Shown here: piece after piece, positions 18,817 through 29,008 of the stretch | Numbering within the stretch: position 1 is the first letter of the stretch | How the letters are laid out: the number at the start of each line of letters is the position of its first letter | Assembly (NCBI GenBank): GCA_963796685.1 | Contig: CAWCMR010000008.1 | Coordinates: 736,001 to 800,000, forward strand | Direction: 5' to 3' | DNA from: an uncultured delta proteobacterium | GTDB taxonomy: Bacteria; Myxococcota_A; Polyangia; Fen-1088 | DNA: 64,000 bases | The notes under the pieces: model-generated | The model's input: the letters and a program-made list of their open reading frames with translations, nothing else | Database searches by the model: none | What the model was told of the DNA's origin: nothing | Position numbers and translations under genes: made by a program

Positions 18817-19737
18817 ATGTCGGTCTTGCGAACAATCCGCGATGCTCTGCCATCGGCGTTTGATGTGGCCAAGGTGGGCTTCCGCCTGTTCGGCCTGCCA
18901 CGCAATGCCTTCGGGTCGATCGACGTGACCCAGAAGTGCAACCTGCGCTGCAAGCACTGCTACTTCTTCGAAAACGACCAACCGGAACGGGCGCTCGACG
19001 CCGAAGAGTGGGTGGCCTTGCTCGACAGCTGGAAGCGAGCGCGCTCGCGCTGGGAGTTCCCCTTCTTTCAGTGCTCATGGGTCGGCGGCGAGCCGCTCCT
19101 GCGCCCGCAGGTCATCGAACGCTGCCGCAAGTTCTTCCGTTACAACCTGGTGGTCACCAACGGAACCCTGCCGCTGCCCGATTGGCCCGACGTGGACTTC
19201 TACGTCTCCATCGACGGCGACGAGGAGGTCCATGAAGACCTCCGCCAGCGCAAGGGCATCTACCGCCTCATCAAACAGAACGTGTTGGCGCGTCGCCGCG
19301 GGAGCGTCACCATTTCCTATTGCATCACCCGCCAGAACGCCCACTGCATCGAGCGCACGATCGACGAATGGGCGCCCATCGCCGGAGGCTTCACCTTCGA
19401 TTTTTACACCCCGATGGAAGGCAGCGACGATCCCCTGTGGATTTCGCAGCAGGAACGCGACCCCATCATCGAGCGGCTGCTTGCCTTGCGGCGGAAGCAT
19501 CCGCAGCGCCTGAAGGTCACCGAGCGCGCGCTGCGGCTGATGGTCTCGGACACCGCCGCGACCGTAACGAAGGATTGCCTGTTCGCCAAGAAGGCCTTTG
19601 CCTACACCGCGCTCGGCCAGCTCAAGGAAAAGTGCATGATGGGCAAGAAGGCCGATTGCTCGCGCTGCGGGTGCATCGTGCCCTTCTATCTGCATTCCCT
19701 GACCCATTCGGTTCCGGGGAGGGCTCAAGCCCCATAA
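18817..19737 (+). CDS. Radical SAM protein
   Basis: CNLRCKHC, GGEPLL, VTNGT, VSIDG; C-terminal Cys cluster (C..CMMG..DCSRCGC). Confidence 0.9.
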   Translation: MSVLRTIRDALPSAFDVAKVGFRLFGLPRNAFGSIDVTQKCNLRCKHCYFFENDQPERALDAEEWVALLDSWKRARSRWEFPFFQCSWVGGEPLLRPQVIERCRKFFRYNLVVTNGTLPLPDWPDVDFYVSIDGDEEVHEDLRQRKGIYRLIKQNVLARRRGSVTISYCITRQNAHCIERTIDEWAPIAGGFTFDFYTPMEGSDDPLWISQQERDPIIERLLALRRKHPQRLKVTERALRLMVSDTAATVTKDCLFAKKAFAYTALGQLKEKCMMGKKADCSRCGCIVPFYLHSLTHSVPGRAQAP

Positions 19738-19784
19738 GGGAAAGTCGATGCTGAGTAGATGGCGTATTGTTCCACCCTTTCTCC

Positions 19785-21146
19785 ATGCCCGGGTCCACTG
19801 AAACCCTAGACCAGGTCGGGTCCGCCAAGTTGCAGGTTGGTCGCGAGATGATGGGACAGATCCGCGGGCAAGCACTCGTGCTGACCGCAGCGATTCGCGT
19901 CATCGCGGTGACGGTCTTCCTGGGCCTGGGAATCGCCTGGACCTCCACGCGCGGAACGTCCCCGTGGATCCTCACGCGCCCCCTGGCGCTTTACCTCACC
20001 CTGGCGACGATGGCATTCGTGTACCGCCGCCGCGCCTTCACCCTGCGGCTGGCGTGGGTCCTGCCGTTTCTCGACATTGGCGTCGCCTTCCTCGTGCACC
20101 GCCAGGGCATCTTGGCGGACGCTGGAGTATCTCGCTTCATGGCAGCTTGGGGGGTCACGGGTCTTGGCGTCTACACCCTCATCGTGGCCCTGGCCGGCCT
20201 GGCCATGCCACCTCGCCTCGTGGTCTTTCTGACTTTGTGGTCGATGGCGGCGGAGGTGGCGCTTCTCCACCTGGCCGGCCTCACCTACTGGCCCATGACC
20301 ATGGCCGTGTTGGCCCTCGCCTTCGTGGCCGTGGCCACAAGCGCCGTGCCTCGCAACGCCACGGCGGCCCTCGCGCGCGCACACCAGGCCACCACCGCCT
20401 TGATGTCCCTCGCCAAGCTGCAAGAGCAACACCAGCGGCTCGAGCTCCTGCAACGGGAGAAGGACGCCTTGCTCGAAATCATCGTGCACGATATGCGCAG
20501 CCCCGTCGGGGCCGCCCTGCTCTCGCTCGAATACCTGGCCCTCGAGCTCAAGAAACACCCCAGCCAGGCTTCGCTGCTCGAGGCGACCGACGATGCCCTG
20601 GGGACGCTCAACAGTCTGAGCGGCATGATCTCGCAGATCCTCGACATGTCGAAACTCGAGAGCGGACGACTCACCCTGCGTTTGGATTTCGCCGAGCTGC
20701 GACCCCTGCTCGAGGCCACCGTCCGCGAGGCGTCCGCGCGCGCACGAGCGCGATCGATTGCGCTCGACTTCGATGCCCCGGAAGGGCTGACGGCGGCCGT
20801 GGACCTGCGTCTGTTCCCACGCATCTTGGAAGTCCTGACCACGCACGCGCTTCGTCACACGCTCGAAGGGGGCCGCATTCTGCTGGTAGCCACCGCCGGG
20901 GCAGCGAACATCCGCGTGTCGATCCACAGCACCGCGCCCGCCATGCCGGAAGCCGACCGCCAGCGCATATTCGACAAGTTTCCGTTGGCCGGGACCGAGC
21001 CCCGGCGTATGTCGGTCTGGGGCGTGGGCCTGTACTTTTGCAGCCTGGTCGCCGCTGCCCATCAGGGCTCGATCTCGGTTGAGGACGTGAACGGCTGGCC
21101 AACCTCGTTCGTGATACAGCTGCCAGACCAGCGCAAGCCGGCTTGA
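19785..21146 (+). CDS. Membrane sensor histidine kinase with degenerate ATPase boxes
   Basis: Multiple TM helices; HDMRSP H-box; ILDMSKLESG; N box reads TTHALRH and D/G1 box reads HSTAPAM. Confidence 0.8.
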   Translation: MPGSTETLDQVGSAKLQVGREMMGQIRGQALVLTAAIRVIAVTVFLGLGIAWTSTRGTSPWILTRPLALYLTLATMAFVYRRRAFTLRLAWVLPFLDIGVAFLVHRQGILADAGVSRFMAAWGVTGLGVYTLIVALAGLAMPPRLVVFLTLWSMAAEVALLHLAGLTYWPMTMAVLALAFVAVATSAVPRNATAALARAHQATTALMSLAKLQEQHQRLELLQREKDALLEIIVHDMRSPVGAALLSLEYLALELKKHPSQASLLEATDDALGTLNSLSGMISQILDMSKLESGRLTLRLDFAELRPLLEATVREASARARARSIALDFDAPEGLTAAVDLRLFPRILEVLTTHALRHTLEGGRILLVATAGAANIRVSIHSTAPAMPEADRQRIFDKFPLAGTEPRRMSVWGVGLYFCSLVAAAHQGSISVEDVNGWPTSFVIQLPDQRKPA

Positions 21147-21175
21147 AAGGCGTGGCGAGCTCGCTGTCTTGCACG

Positions 21176-23110
21176 CTACTGCATGGGCTGTGCGACCAGC
21201 GTGATGAGCTTGCGGACCACGCGCGGGCTCAACGGCTCGAAGTGTCGCACCGGCATGACCCCGCTGGCGATTTCGGCGATTCGCCGGGTGCTGGCCAGGT
21301 AGTAATCGTACAAGTGCAACGCGTCTCTCACCGCCTCGGATTCGCGGCGCCAAGCTCCGTCGATCTCCGCGAGCTCGCGGCCGGCCAGGACGCGTGCCAT
21401 CGAGCTGCCACCGCCCGCGGCTTGCAGATTTTCGCTCGTGCGACTGTGCCTGTCGAGCAGGATGTCCAACCTGCCGCCAGCACCTTGCAGAAAGGCCGCC
21501 AGCTCGGCCAGGCGTTCGAGCACCGAACGACTGGCGGCTTCGAGCACCCGGCCATCGAGCGGCCCCTGCAAGTCGTCCGCGCTGTGCGGCCATCGCTTGA
21601 GCGAGTAGGCGATGCGACGACTTTCGAGATAGTCACCCAGCATGGCGGCCACACGCATCCGGTGGGTTTCGCTTTCGGCGGTGGTCTTGCGGATGGCCTC
21701 GAACAGCGGGACCAAGCGGTACGCCGGGGCTTGTCCGCTGGCCAGCACGCGCATCTCGGCCTCGGCGCGTCGGCGCAGGGCTTCGCTTTCGGTCAGTGCG
21801 GTCCATTCCTCGCGCAAGAGGCGCGCCCGCACGTTCATCGAATCGACGTAGTACGCCTCGGGTGCCTCGATCGTGCCCGCGACGAACAGGCCAGTGCGGG
21901 TTTCGGGGCGAAGCCCGGTGTCGTGCATGAAATTGGTGCGGCTCGACTGCAACACCATGGACAAGCCGGTCTGCGTGTAGTCCACGCCGAATCCCATGGC
22001 CCAGCGCAAGCTGCCCGTGAGATCCGATTCGACTTCGGTGGAGCTACGCAAGGTGATGGTGCGCCACCGGAACGGGTGCTCACGCTTGACGAAGACACCC
22101 CCGCGCGCGGTGAAGGTCTCACCCTGGTAGTTGTCCTGGGCGGAGAGCACGCGGCGGATCGCGGCTTCGAAGAAGCTGTCCCAGCCGCTGCTCCTGGTAA
22201 ATCGATTGATGTAGCTCTCACGCAGCGCCATCTCGAAGATCCCGGAGGCGCCGTCCGCAGGCGCGCGCACCTGTTCCAGAAGGCCCGCCGACATCTCCAG
22301 ACCCGGAATCCGCATGGTCAATCCGCCGCGCAGATTGGGCTGGAGGTGGTAGCCCAGGTGGGAAAATCCGCCATACCATCCGACGTTGCACAGGTCGTCC
22401 TGGCAGCGTCTGATGGTTCCGGAATTGTTGAGCGCGCCCGCCTCGAACATGGCACCCAGCCCCGCCACCGTCAGCGCAAGCGCCCCCTCGTGTTGGGCGA
22501 TCTGGTGCTTGCGAATGTCCCATTCCTCCTCGTTCTCGGGAAAGAATGGTTGCTGTGCCAGCATGAAGACGCCCAGATCCACGAATTCTCGCGCATTGAA
22601 ATAGTGCACGATGGAGCTCGCGAGCTGACTGCCGCTCTCTTCGCCATTCAGGATGTCGAGGTTCACGGAGATCAGGCCGACGGAGTCCACGGTCAGGTCC
22701 TGGATCCTGCGGCTGCGAATGTCGTCGAGTCGGGTCATCTGGGCAACCATCTGATCGAACACGGGATAGGCCACGTGCAGGGGTGCGAGGGAAAGCTTGT
22801 AGGCTGTCGAGTCGTTCAGCTCCCATGGGTTGCCCACGAGACGGTCGATTTCACTCTCGACATTGAAGAGCTCGATCCGATTGAAGAAGTCGAGCATCTC
22901 GCCGCGCGACTTGGTTCCGAGTTGCGTCGTCAGATCGGAAAGCACGCGTAGAAGATCGCCGAAGTCGTTCTGCAGGCGCCCCTGGCCGAGCTGGGCCTCG
23001 GCAGGACACGCCCCCATGGTGGAGGCGCCGACGAACACGGCCAGCGCTGCCAGCACGCGCAACGGAGATCCACGCTTATGACGATCACTTCCCAAGTGGG
23101 ATGGCTCCAT
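21176..23110 (-). CDS. Large exported hypothetical protein
   Basis: Long ORF with protein-like composition; signal-peptide-like N-terminus (..PAEAQ); beta-rich middle and helical C-terminus. Confidence 0.7.
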   Translation of the reverse strand: MEPSHLGSDRHKRGSPLRVLAALAVFVGASTMGACPAEAQLGQGRLQNDFGDLLRVLSDLTTQLGTKSRGEMLDFFNRIELFNVESEIDRLVGNPWELNDSTAYKLSLAPLHVAYPVFDQMVAQMTRLDDIRSRRIQDLTVDSVGLISVNLDILNGEESGSQLASSIVHYFNAREFVDLGVFMLAQQPFFPENEEEWDIRKHQIAQHEGALALTVAGLGAMFEAGALNNSGTIRRCQDDLCNVGWYGGFSHLGYHLQPNLRGGLTMRIPGLEMSAGLLEQVRAPADGASGIFEMALRESYINRFTRSSGWDSFFEAAIRRVLSAQDNYQGETFTARGGVFVKREHPFRWRTITLRSSTEVESDLTGSLRWAMGFGVDYTQTGLSMVLQSSRTNFMHDTGLRPETRTGLFVAGTIEAPEAYYVDSMNVRARLLREEWTALTESEALRRRAEAEMRVLASGQAPAYRLVPLFEAIRKTTAESETHRMRVAAMLGDYLESRRIAYSLKRWPHSADDLQGPLDGRVLEAASRSVLERLAELAAFLQGAGGRLDILLDRHSRTSENLQAAGGGSSMARVLAGRELAEIDGAWRRESEAVRDALHLYDYYLASTRRIAEIASGVMPVRHFEPLSPRVVRKLITLVAQPMQ

Positions 23111-23236
23111 CGCCAGTATACCCTCATACCCCTTGATTCCTCCGCCAACCTGGCATAATCCGGTGCCTCGCGGCCGCACCACGGTCGAGCGAGCTCCCCT
23201 TTCGATGAAGCCCTGCCCCCTCAAAGGATCCTTGAA

Positions 23237-24226
23237 ATGCCCGAGATGAATATCATCCAGGCCATCAACGACTGCCTGCACGTGGAAATGCGGCGTGACG
23301 GTCGCGTCGTCGTGCTGGGCGAGGACGTGGGCCATTTCGGCGGCGTCTTCCGCGCCACCGTGGGACTGCAACAGGAATTCGGCCCCGACCGTTGCATGGA
23401 CACCCCGCTGGCCGAGAACGGCATCGTCGGTGCCGCCATCGGCATGGCCCTGTACGGCCTGCGCCCCGTGGCCGAGATCCAGTTCGCCGACTACGTGTAC
23501 CCCGCCTTCGACCAGATCGTGAACGAGCTGGCCAAGATGCGCTACCGCTCGGGCGGCGAGTACACCGCGCCGGTCGTGATCCGCATGCCGGCGGGCGGCG
23601 GGGTGCGTGGCGGCCACTACCACTCGCAATCGCCCGAGGCCGTGTTCATCCACACCCCGGGCCTGCAGGTCGTGTATCCATCGAGCCCGGCCGACACCAA
23701 GGGACTGCTGGCGTCGGCGATTCGCGGCGAAGACCCGGTCATCTTCCTGGAGCCCAAGCGCCTGTACCGAACCAGCCGCGGCGAAGTCCCGGCGGGCGAG
23801 TACACGGTTCCCATCGGACAGGCCAAGGTCCTACGTCGGGCGGCAGCGCGCTCCGGGCGGTCGGTCACCCTCCTCGCCTGGGGCAGCATGGTGCAGACGT
23901 CGATGGAGGCGGCGGACAAGGCCGCCGGCATGGGCTTCGACATCGAGCTCATCGATCTGCGCACGCTTCTACCTTTCGACCTCGAAACGATTCTTCAGTC
24001 GGTGCAGAAGACCGGCCGCGTGATCGTCGTGCACGAGGCGCCACGCACCTGTGGCTTCGGCGCCGAGCTCGCGGCGTCGATCCAGGAGCACGCCCTGCTG
24101 CACCTGGAGGCTCCGATTCTGCGCGTGACCGGTTTTGATACCCCTTTCCCGTACACCCTCGAGCCCGAATACCTGCCCGACAAGGATCGCGTCCTGGACG
24201 CGATTGAGAAAGTCACCACCGGCTAG
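23237..24226 (+). CDS. 2-oxoacid (branched-chain/pyruvate) dehydrogenase E1 beta subunit
   Basis: GEDVG..GGVFRAT.GL, DTPLAE.GI, EIQFADY, HSQSPEA, DLRTL.P.D. Confidence 0.95.
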   Translation: MPEMNIIQAINDCLHVEMRRDGRVVVLGEDVGHFGGVFRATVGLQQEFGPDRCMDTPLAENGIVGAAIGMALYGLRPVAEIQFADYVYPAFDQIVNELAKMRYRSGGEYTAPVVIRMPAGGGVRGGHYHSQSPEAVFIHTPGLQVVYPSSPADTKGLLASAIRGEDPVIFLEPKRLYRTSRGEVPAGEYTVPIGQAKVLRRAAARSGRSVTLLAWGSMVQTSMEAADKAAGMGFDIELIDLRTLLPFDLETILQSVQKTGRVIVVHEAPRTCGFGAELAASIQEHALLHLEAPILRVTGFDTPFPYTLEPEYLPDKDRVLDAIEKVTTG

Positions 24227-24234
24227 GAGAACGC

Positions 24235-25431
24235 ATGGCCTACGAATTCAAATTGCCCGACATCGGTGAAGGAATGGCCGAGGGCGAGATCGTCCGCTGG
24301 CTGGTCAAGGAAGGCGATGCACTGGCGCAAGACCAGCCCATGGTCGAGGTCATGACCGACAAGGCCACCGTGGAGATTGCCACGCCCCATGCGGGCCGCG
24401 TCCTCGAACGGCGTTTCAAGGAGGGCGAACGCTGCCCGGTGGGCGCGGTTCTCATCGTGATCGAGGTGTCTGCGGACGCGGACAAGACGCCCATGGGGAG
24501 CCTGGCCAAGACACCTGGCCCGAGGACAGAGGGCCCAAGCGGAGGGATTCTCGCCACCCCTGCCACGCGCAGACTGGCACGGGAAATGGGCGTGGAGCTG
24601 TCCAAGGTCAAGGGTTCGGGTCCGGGCGGACAGATCACCATCGCCGACGTGCGCGCGGCCAAGGTCGGCACAGCTTCCGACGAGGCCTTCGACAACCAGC
24701 CCACGCCCGGCATTTCCACCACGTCGACCGGTGACGTCCGCATCCCCTTCCGCGGCGTGCGCCGCATGATCGCCGAGCACATGGTGCTGACCCAGCGCCA
24801 GGTCGCCCACTTCACCTACGTCGAGGAGATCGACTGCACCGAGCTGGTCGAGCTGCGCGACAAGGCCGAGCGACGACTGACCGGACATGGCGTCAAGCTG
24901 ACCTACCTGACCTTCTTCGTGAAAGCGGCGGTGGAGGCGCTCAAGAAGCACCCGCAGCTCAACGCCACACTCGACGAGCCAGCCGGCGAAATCGTGCAGC
25001 GCCGTGAGTACCACATCGGTATCGCGGCACAAACCCCCGAGGGACTGATGGTGCCCGTGATCCGCCACGCCGATCGCCGTTCGCTGTTGGATCTGGCGCG
25101 GGAGATCGATCGCCTGGGCGTGGCGGCCAAGAACGGTCGCGTGTCGCCGCGCGATCTCGGCGGCTCGACCTTCACCATCACCAGCCTCGGTACCCTGGGC
25201 GGCATCGTGGCCACGCCCATCGTGAACTACCCCGAGGTCGGCATCCTGGCCATCCACAAGATCGCCAAGCGTCCGGTCGTGGTGGACGACAAGATCGTCG
25301 TCCGCCATATGATGAACCTGTCCCTGTCCGTGGATCACAGGCTGGTCGACGGCTACGACGCCGCCACCTTCGTGGCCGAAATGAAGGCATCGCTGGAAAC
25401 GCCGGGCCTCATCTTCCTCGACCAGACCTAG
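24235..25431 (+). CDS. Dihydrolipoamide acyltransferase E2
   Basis: Lipoyl domain VMTDKATVEI; E3-binding ATPATRRLARE..GSGPGGQI; catalytic DHRLVDG. Confidence 0.95.
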   Translation: MAYEFKLPDIGEGMAEGEIVRWLVKEGDALAQDQPMVEVMTDKATVEIATPHAGRVLERRFKEGERCPVGAVLIVIEVSADADKTPMGSLAKTPGPRTEGPSGGILATPATRRLAREMGVELSKVKGSGPGGQITIADVRAAKVGTASDEAFDNQPTPGISTTSTGDVRIPFRGVRRMIAEHMVLTQRQVAHFTYVEEIDCTELVELRDKAERRLTGHGVKLTYLTFFVKAAVEALKKHPQLNATLDEPAGEIVQRREYHIGIAAQTPEGLMVPVIRHADRRSLLDLAREIDRLGVAAKNGRVSPRDLGGSTFTITSLGTLGGIVATPIVNYPEVGILAIHKIAKRPVVVDDKIVVRHMMNLSLSVDHRLVDGYDAATFVAEMKASLETPGLIFLDQT

Positions 25432-25440
25432 CGAAGGACG

Positions 25441-26589
25441 ATGGCGCAAGCAACGGCACCCGACAAACGCCGATCGGGTCAGACCACCGCCGAAAGCGTG
25501 GAGGTCTGGTCCGACGGGGATTATGCGCGGGCCACCGGACTCTTCCAGATCCTGGACGAGCACGGCCAGGCCGACGTGGCAAAGGTGCCTGCGCTGGCGC
25601 CCGCCACGTGGCTGCGCATGTTCGAGGGAATGCTCCAGTCGCGCCTGCTCGACGAACAACTCCTGCCCTTGCAGCGCCAAGGTCGCATCGGCCACTACTT
25701 CGAGGCACGCGGCCAAGAGGCCGGTCCCATCGCGGGCGCCGAAGCCATCCTCAAAACCGACTATTTCGTTCAGGGATTGCGCGAGGGCGCGGCGGCCATC
25801 TACCGTGGCATGCCTCTCGACAGGTACCTTGCCCAGATTCTGGGCACCGCCCGCGACATTGGACGCGGCCGTCAGATGCCCTGTCACGTCTCCTCGGCCG
25901 CCATCAGGCACGTCAGCACGTCGTCGTCCGTGGCCTCGCAGATCCCGCACGCGGTCGGCATCGCATGGGCGGCCAAGATCAGCAAGGCGAGCGATATCGC
26001 CCTTTGCTTTTTCGGTGACGGCGCCACCAGCGAGGATGACTTTCACGCGGGGCTCAACTTCGCGGGCGTCTACCAGGCGCCCGTGGTCTTCGTCTGCCAG
26101 AACAACCAGTGGGCCATCTCCACGCCCGTCGCGGGGCAAACCCAATCCGAAACCCTTGCCATCAAGGGCTTGGCCTATGCCGTGCCGTCGTTGCGGGTCG
26201 ACGGCAACGATGTGCTCGGCATGTACGTGGCCATCAAGACCGCCGTGGACAAGGCCCGTTCGGGCGGCGGTCCCACCTTCATCGAGGCCGTCACCTACCG
26301 CCTGGGTGCGCATTCCAGCGCCGACGATCCGACCCATTACCGGGACAGCGGCGAGCACAAGGCGTGGCAGAAGCGCGATCCTATACTCCGCTTCGCCACC
26401 TGGCTCGAAAAGCAGGGCATTCTCCCGACCGAAGCGCAGGCGGCGATGAGAGCGCGTATCACCGGCGCCATTCGCGCGGCCATCGCCAGCGAGGAAGCCG
26501 CGGGGCCACCGCCATCCTCGAGCCTGTTCGAGGACGTGGTGGCAAAGCCGACCTGTTCCCCGGGCGGGACACCAGGCGCAATCCGTTAG
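25441..26589 (+). CDS. 2-oxoacid dehydrogenase E1 alpha subunit
   Basis: LQRQGRI, GRQMP.H, GDGATSE.DFH..N, NNQWAIS, YRLGAHSSADDP..YR; atypical last ~12 residues. Confidence 0.93.
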   Translation: MAQATAPDKRRSGQTTAESVEVWSDGDYARATGLFQILDEHGQADVAKVPALAPATWLRMFEGMLQSRLLDEQLLPLQRQGRIGHYFEARGQEAGPIAGAEAILKTDYFVQGLREGAAAIYRGMPLDRYLAQILGTARDIGRGRQMPCHVSSAAIRHVSTSSSVASQIPHAVGIAWAAKISKASDIALCFFGDGATSEDDFHAGLNFAGVYQAPVVFVCQNNQWAISTPVAGQTQSETLAIKGLAYAVPSLRVDGNDVLGMYVAIKTAVDKARSGGGPTFIEAVTYRLGAHSSADDPTHYRDSGEHKAWQKRDPILRFATWLEKQGILPTEAQAAMRARITGAIRAAIASEEAAGPPPSSSLFEDVVAKPTCSPGGTPGAIR

Positions 26590-28901
26590 GCCTCCTGTTT
26601 CTCCAAGGCCGCGCGGATTTTCGCCAGCAGCTCTTCCATCGTGTACGGCTTCTGCACGAATCCCGAGAGCCCCTTGCCGGCGAATCGGTTGACGATGTCT
26701 TGCTCGTTGTATCCTGAGCTCATGATCACCTTCACGCCGGGTCGCAGCCTTCTCATCTCGCGGTAGCAAGCCTCGCCGTCCAGATGGGGCATGGTCAAAT
26801 CCAGGATGACCAGGGTGATGCCGTCCTTGTCGCCGGTGAACTTCTCGATGGCTTCGCGGCCGTCGGCGGCGACGAGGACCTCGAAACCCGCCCGCTGCAA
26901 CATGCGGCGCCCCAAGTTGCGGATCGTGTCCTCGTCGTCGGCGAGCAAGATCTTTCCCGAGGCGTGAAAGGCGGCGGGGATCGCGACCTTGGGTTGCAGC
27001 TTGCTGGCCCGGCCTTCGCTGGCCGGAAAGAGCAGCTTGAAGGTCGTGCCACGATTGAGCTCGCTGTAGACTTTGATGGCGCCGTGGTGGCCGCGCATGA
27101 TGCCGAGCACGGCGGCCAGGCCCAGGCCGCGCCCGGTGAACTTGGTCGAAAAGAACGGGTCGAAGATCCGGTCCATGGTGGCTTTGTCCATGCCGTGACC
27201 GGTGTCGGCGATCTCCACGTAGACATAGTCCCCCGGTTGCAGCCGATCCGAGCCGAAGCAACCCCGAAGATAGTCGGTTTCGCAATGGGCCAGGCCCACC
27301 GTGACCGAGATGACCCCGCTGCGTTCGCCGATGGCCTCGGACGCGTTGACGATCAGGTTCATGATGACTTGCCGAAGCTGCGTGGCATCGGCCTCGACCG
27401 CCGGGATCCCGCTGGCGAAATGGTACTTGAGCACGACCTTCTTGCTGATGCTCACCAGCAGCAGGTGCCCCATCTCCTCGACCAGTTCCTTGAGACTGAT
27501 GGGCTGGATGATGAAGCGGCCGCGACCGCTGTAAGCCAGAAGCTGGCGGCAGAGATCGGCGGCGCGGCGGGCTGCGACCTCGATTCCTTCCAGGCTGGCG
27601 CGCGACGGGGCGAGCGGCGACATCTCGGTCTTGGCCAAGTCGGCGTTGCCCAGAATCCCGGTGAGCAGGTTATTGAAGTCGTGCGCGATGCCGCCGGCGA
27701 GCACGCCCAGGCTTTCCAGTTTTTGCGTGTGCAGCATCTGCTGCTCGAGATTGCGTTGATCCGTGACATCGCGGCCAACCGAGAGCACCACGGTCCTGCC
27801 GCCCAGCTCGAACGGGCGCGCGAAGATCTGCATGGTGCGAAGCTGTCCGTCGCCTCGCCGTATGCGAAACTCCAGCCAGTCGACGTGTTTGCCCTGCGCC
27901 AGGTTGGCGTACATGCCCTCGCGCAGAGCGGGATCGAGCCAGGTCGAGAGCTGCCGCGTGGACTTGCCCAGCATCTCCTCTTGCGGATATCCCATCGCCG
28001 CGCAAAAGGCTTCGTTGCAAGCGATGATGGTGCCATCCAACTCGGCCAGGGTTACCGGACCTGGAATGAGCTCGAAGATGCGTCGGAACCGCTCTTCCGA
28101 GTCGCGCAAAGCCTTTTCCTTGCTCGCACTTTCGGTGATGTCTTGGATGATGCCGACCATGAAGGTCGGCCGGCCGAACGCGTCCTTCTCGAGCTCGCCC
28201 ATGCCGTGGACGAAACGAACGCTGCCATCGCTGGCGCGCACGATGCGATAGCGGCGGTCGAAATCGCACCCGCCCTGGACAACCTCGTCCACGAAGTAAC
28301 GATGCATCGCCTCGCGTTCGTCGGGGTGCACCAGGCTGAGCCAACCCGCGAGATCCTTGTTGAACGCCTCCGAGATGCCGAAAAGAACGTTCAGCGCGCT
28401 CGAGCTTGCCCAGGTGCCCTTGGCGATGTCGTAACGATACGAGCCGAGGTGTGCGACGTGTTGGGCTCGCTGCAGGAACCATTCACTTTCGCGCAAGGCC
28501 CGCTCGTTGCGCTTTCGCTCCGAGATGTCGAGGAAGATCGTGGCGAACTGCAGGGTGCCGAAGGGCACCACGCTGATGTCGTAGTAGCGGTCGAAGGGCT
28601 CGAACTGCGATTCGAAACGCGTCGGCTTACCGTCGAGCACGGCACGGGCGAACTCGGCCAGGAACGGCGGCTCCGGCGTGCCGTAGATGTCGGTCGCCAG
28701 CTTGCCTACCGCGTCCGCACCAACGATCCCCACGTATTGGTCGAACTGCGGATTGACGTCCAGAACGCGGTAGTTGATCGCGGCGCCTCCCGCATCGCAG
28801 ACCAACTCGTGCAAGGCGACGCCCTCGCGCATGTGAAGGTAGAGCGATCGAAAGACTTCGCGGCCATCGAACTTGTCCGGTGCCTTCCCGACTTCGGCCA
28901 T
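26586..28901 (-). CDS. Multi-PAS hybrid sensor histidine kinase/response regulator
   Basis: Three PAS-like domains; QKLESLGVLAGGIAHDFNNLL; NASEA, DTGHGM, FFSTKFTGRGLGL; receiver domain. Confidence 0.93.
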   Translation of the reverse strand: MAEVGKAPDKFDGREVFRSLYLHMREGVALHELVCDAGGAAINYRVLDVNPQFDQYVGIVGADAVGKLATDIYGTPEPPFLAEFARAVLDGKPTRFESQFEPFDRYYDISVVPFGTLQFATIFLDISERKRNERALRESEWFLQRAQHVAHLGSYRYDIAKGTWASSSALNVLFGISEAFNKDLAGWLSLVHPDEREAMHRYFVDEVVQGGCDFDRRYRIVRASDGSVRFVHGMGELEKDAFGRPTFMVGIIQDITESASKEKALRDSEERFRRIFELIPGPVTLAELDGTIIACNEAFCAAMGYPQEEMLGKSTRQLSTWLDPALREGMYANLAQGKHVDWLEFRIRRGDGQLRTMQIFARPFELGGRTVVLSVGRDVTDQRNLEQQMLHTQKLESLGVLAGGIAHDFNNLLTGILGNADLAKTEMSPLAPSRASLEGIEVAARRAADLCRQLLAYSGRGRFIIQPISLKELVEEMGHLLLVSISKKVVLKYHFASGIPAVEADATQLRQVIMNLIVNASEAIGERSGVISVTVGLAHCETDYLRGCFGSDRLQPGDYVYVEIADTGHGMDKATMDRIFDPFFSTKFTGRGLGLAAVLGIMRGHHGAIKVYSELNRGTTFKLLFPASEGRASKLQPKVAIPAAFHASGKILLADDEDTIRNLGRRMLQRAGFEVLVAADGREAIEKFTGDKDGITLVILDLTMPHLDGEACYREMRRLRPGVKVIMSSGYNEQDIVNRFAGKGLSGFVQKPYTMEELLAKIRAALEKQEA

Positions 28902-29008
28902 TCATCCTCCACGAGAGCTGCAGGGGCAAATGCAGTGCACCGCATTTCTCGACGGGAATGTTATCAGGATTTGCGTGCGGCTGTCACGCCGATTGGGTAG
29001 ACGCGTCG

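Noticed and set aside
24223-27285. 1020-aa antisense ORF and similar long shadow ORFs (26784..29000, 28880..31027, 39646..41484)
   Set aside because: They lie opposite or out of frame to well-supported genes; expected in high-GC DNA; no motifs
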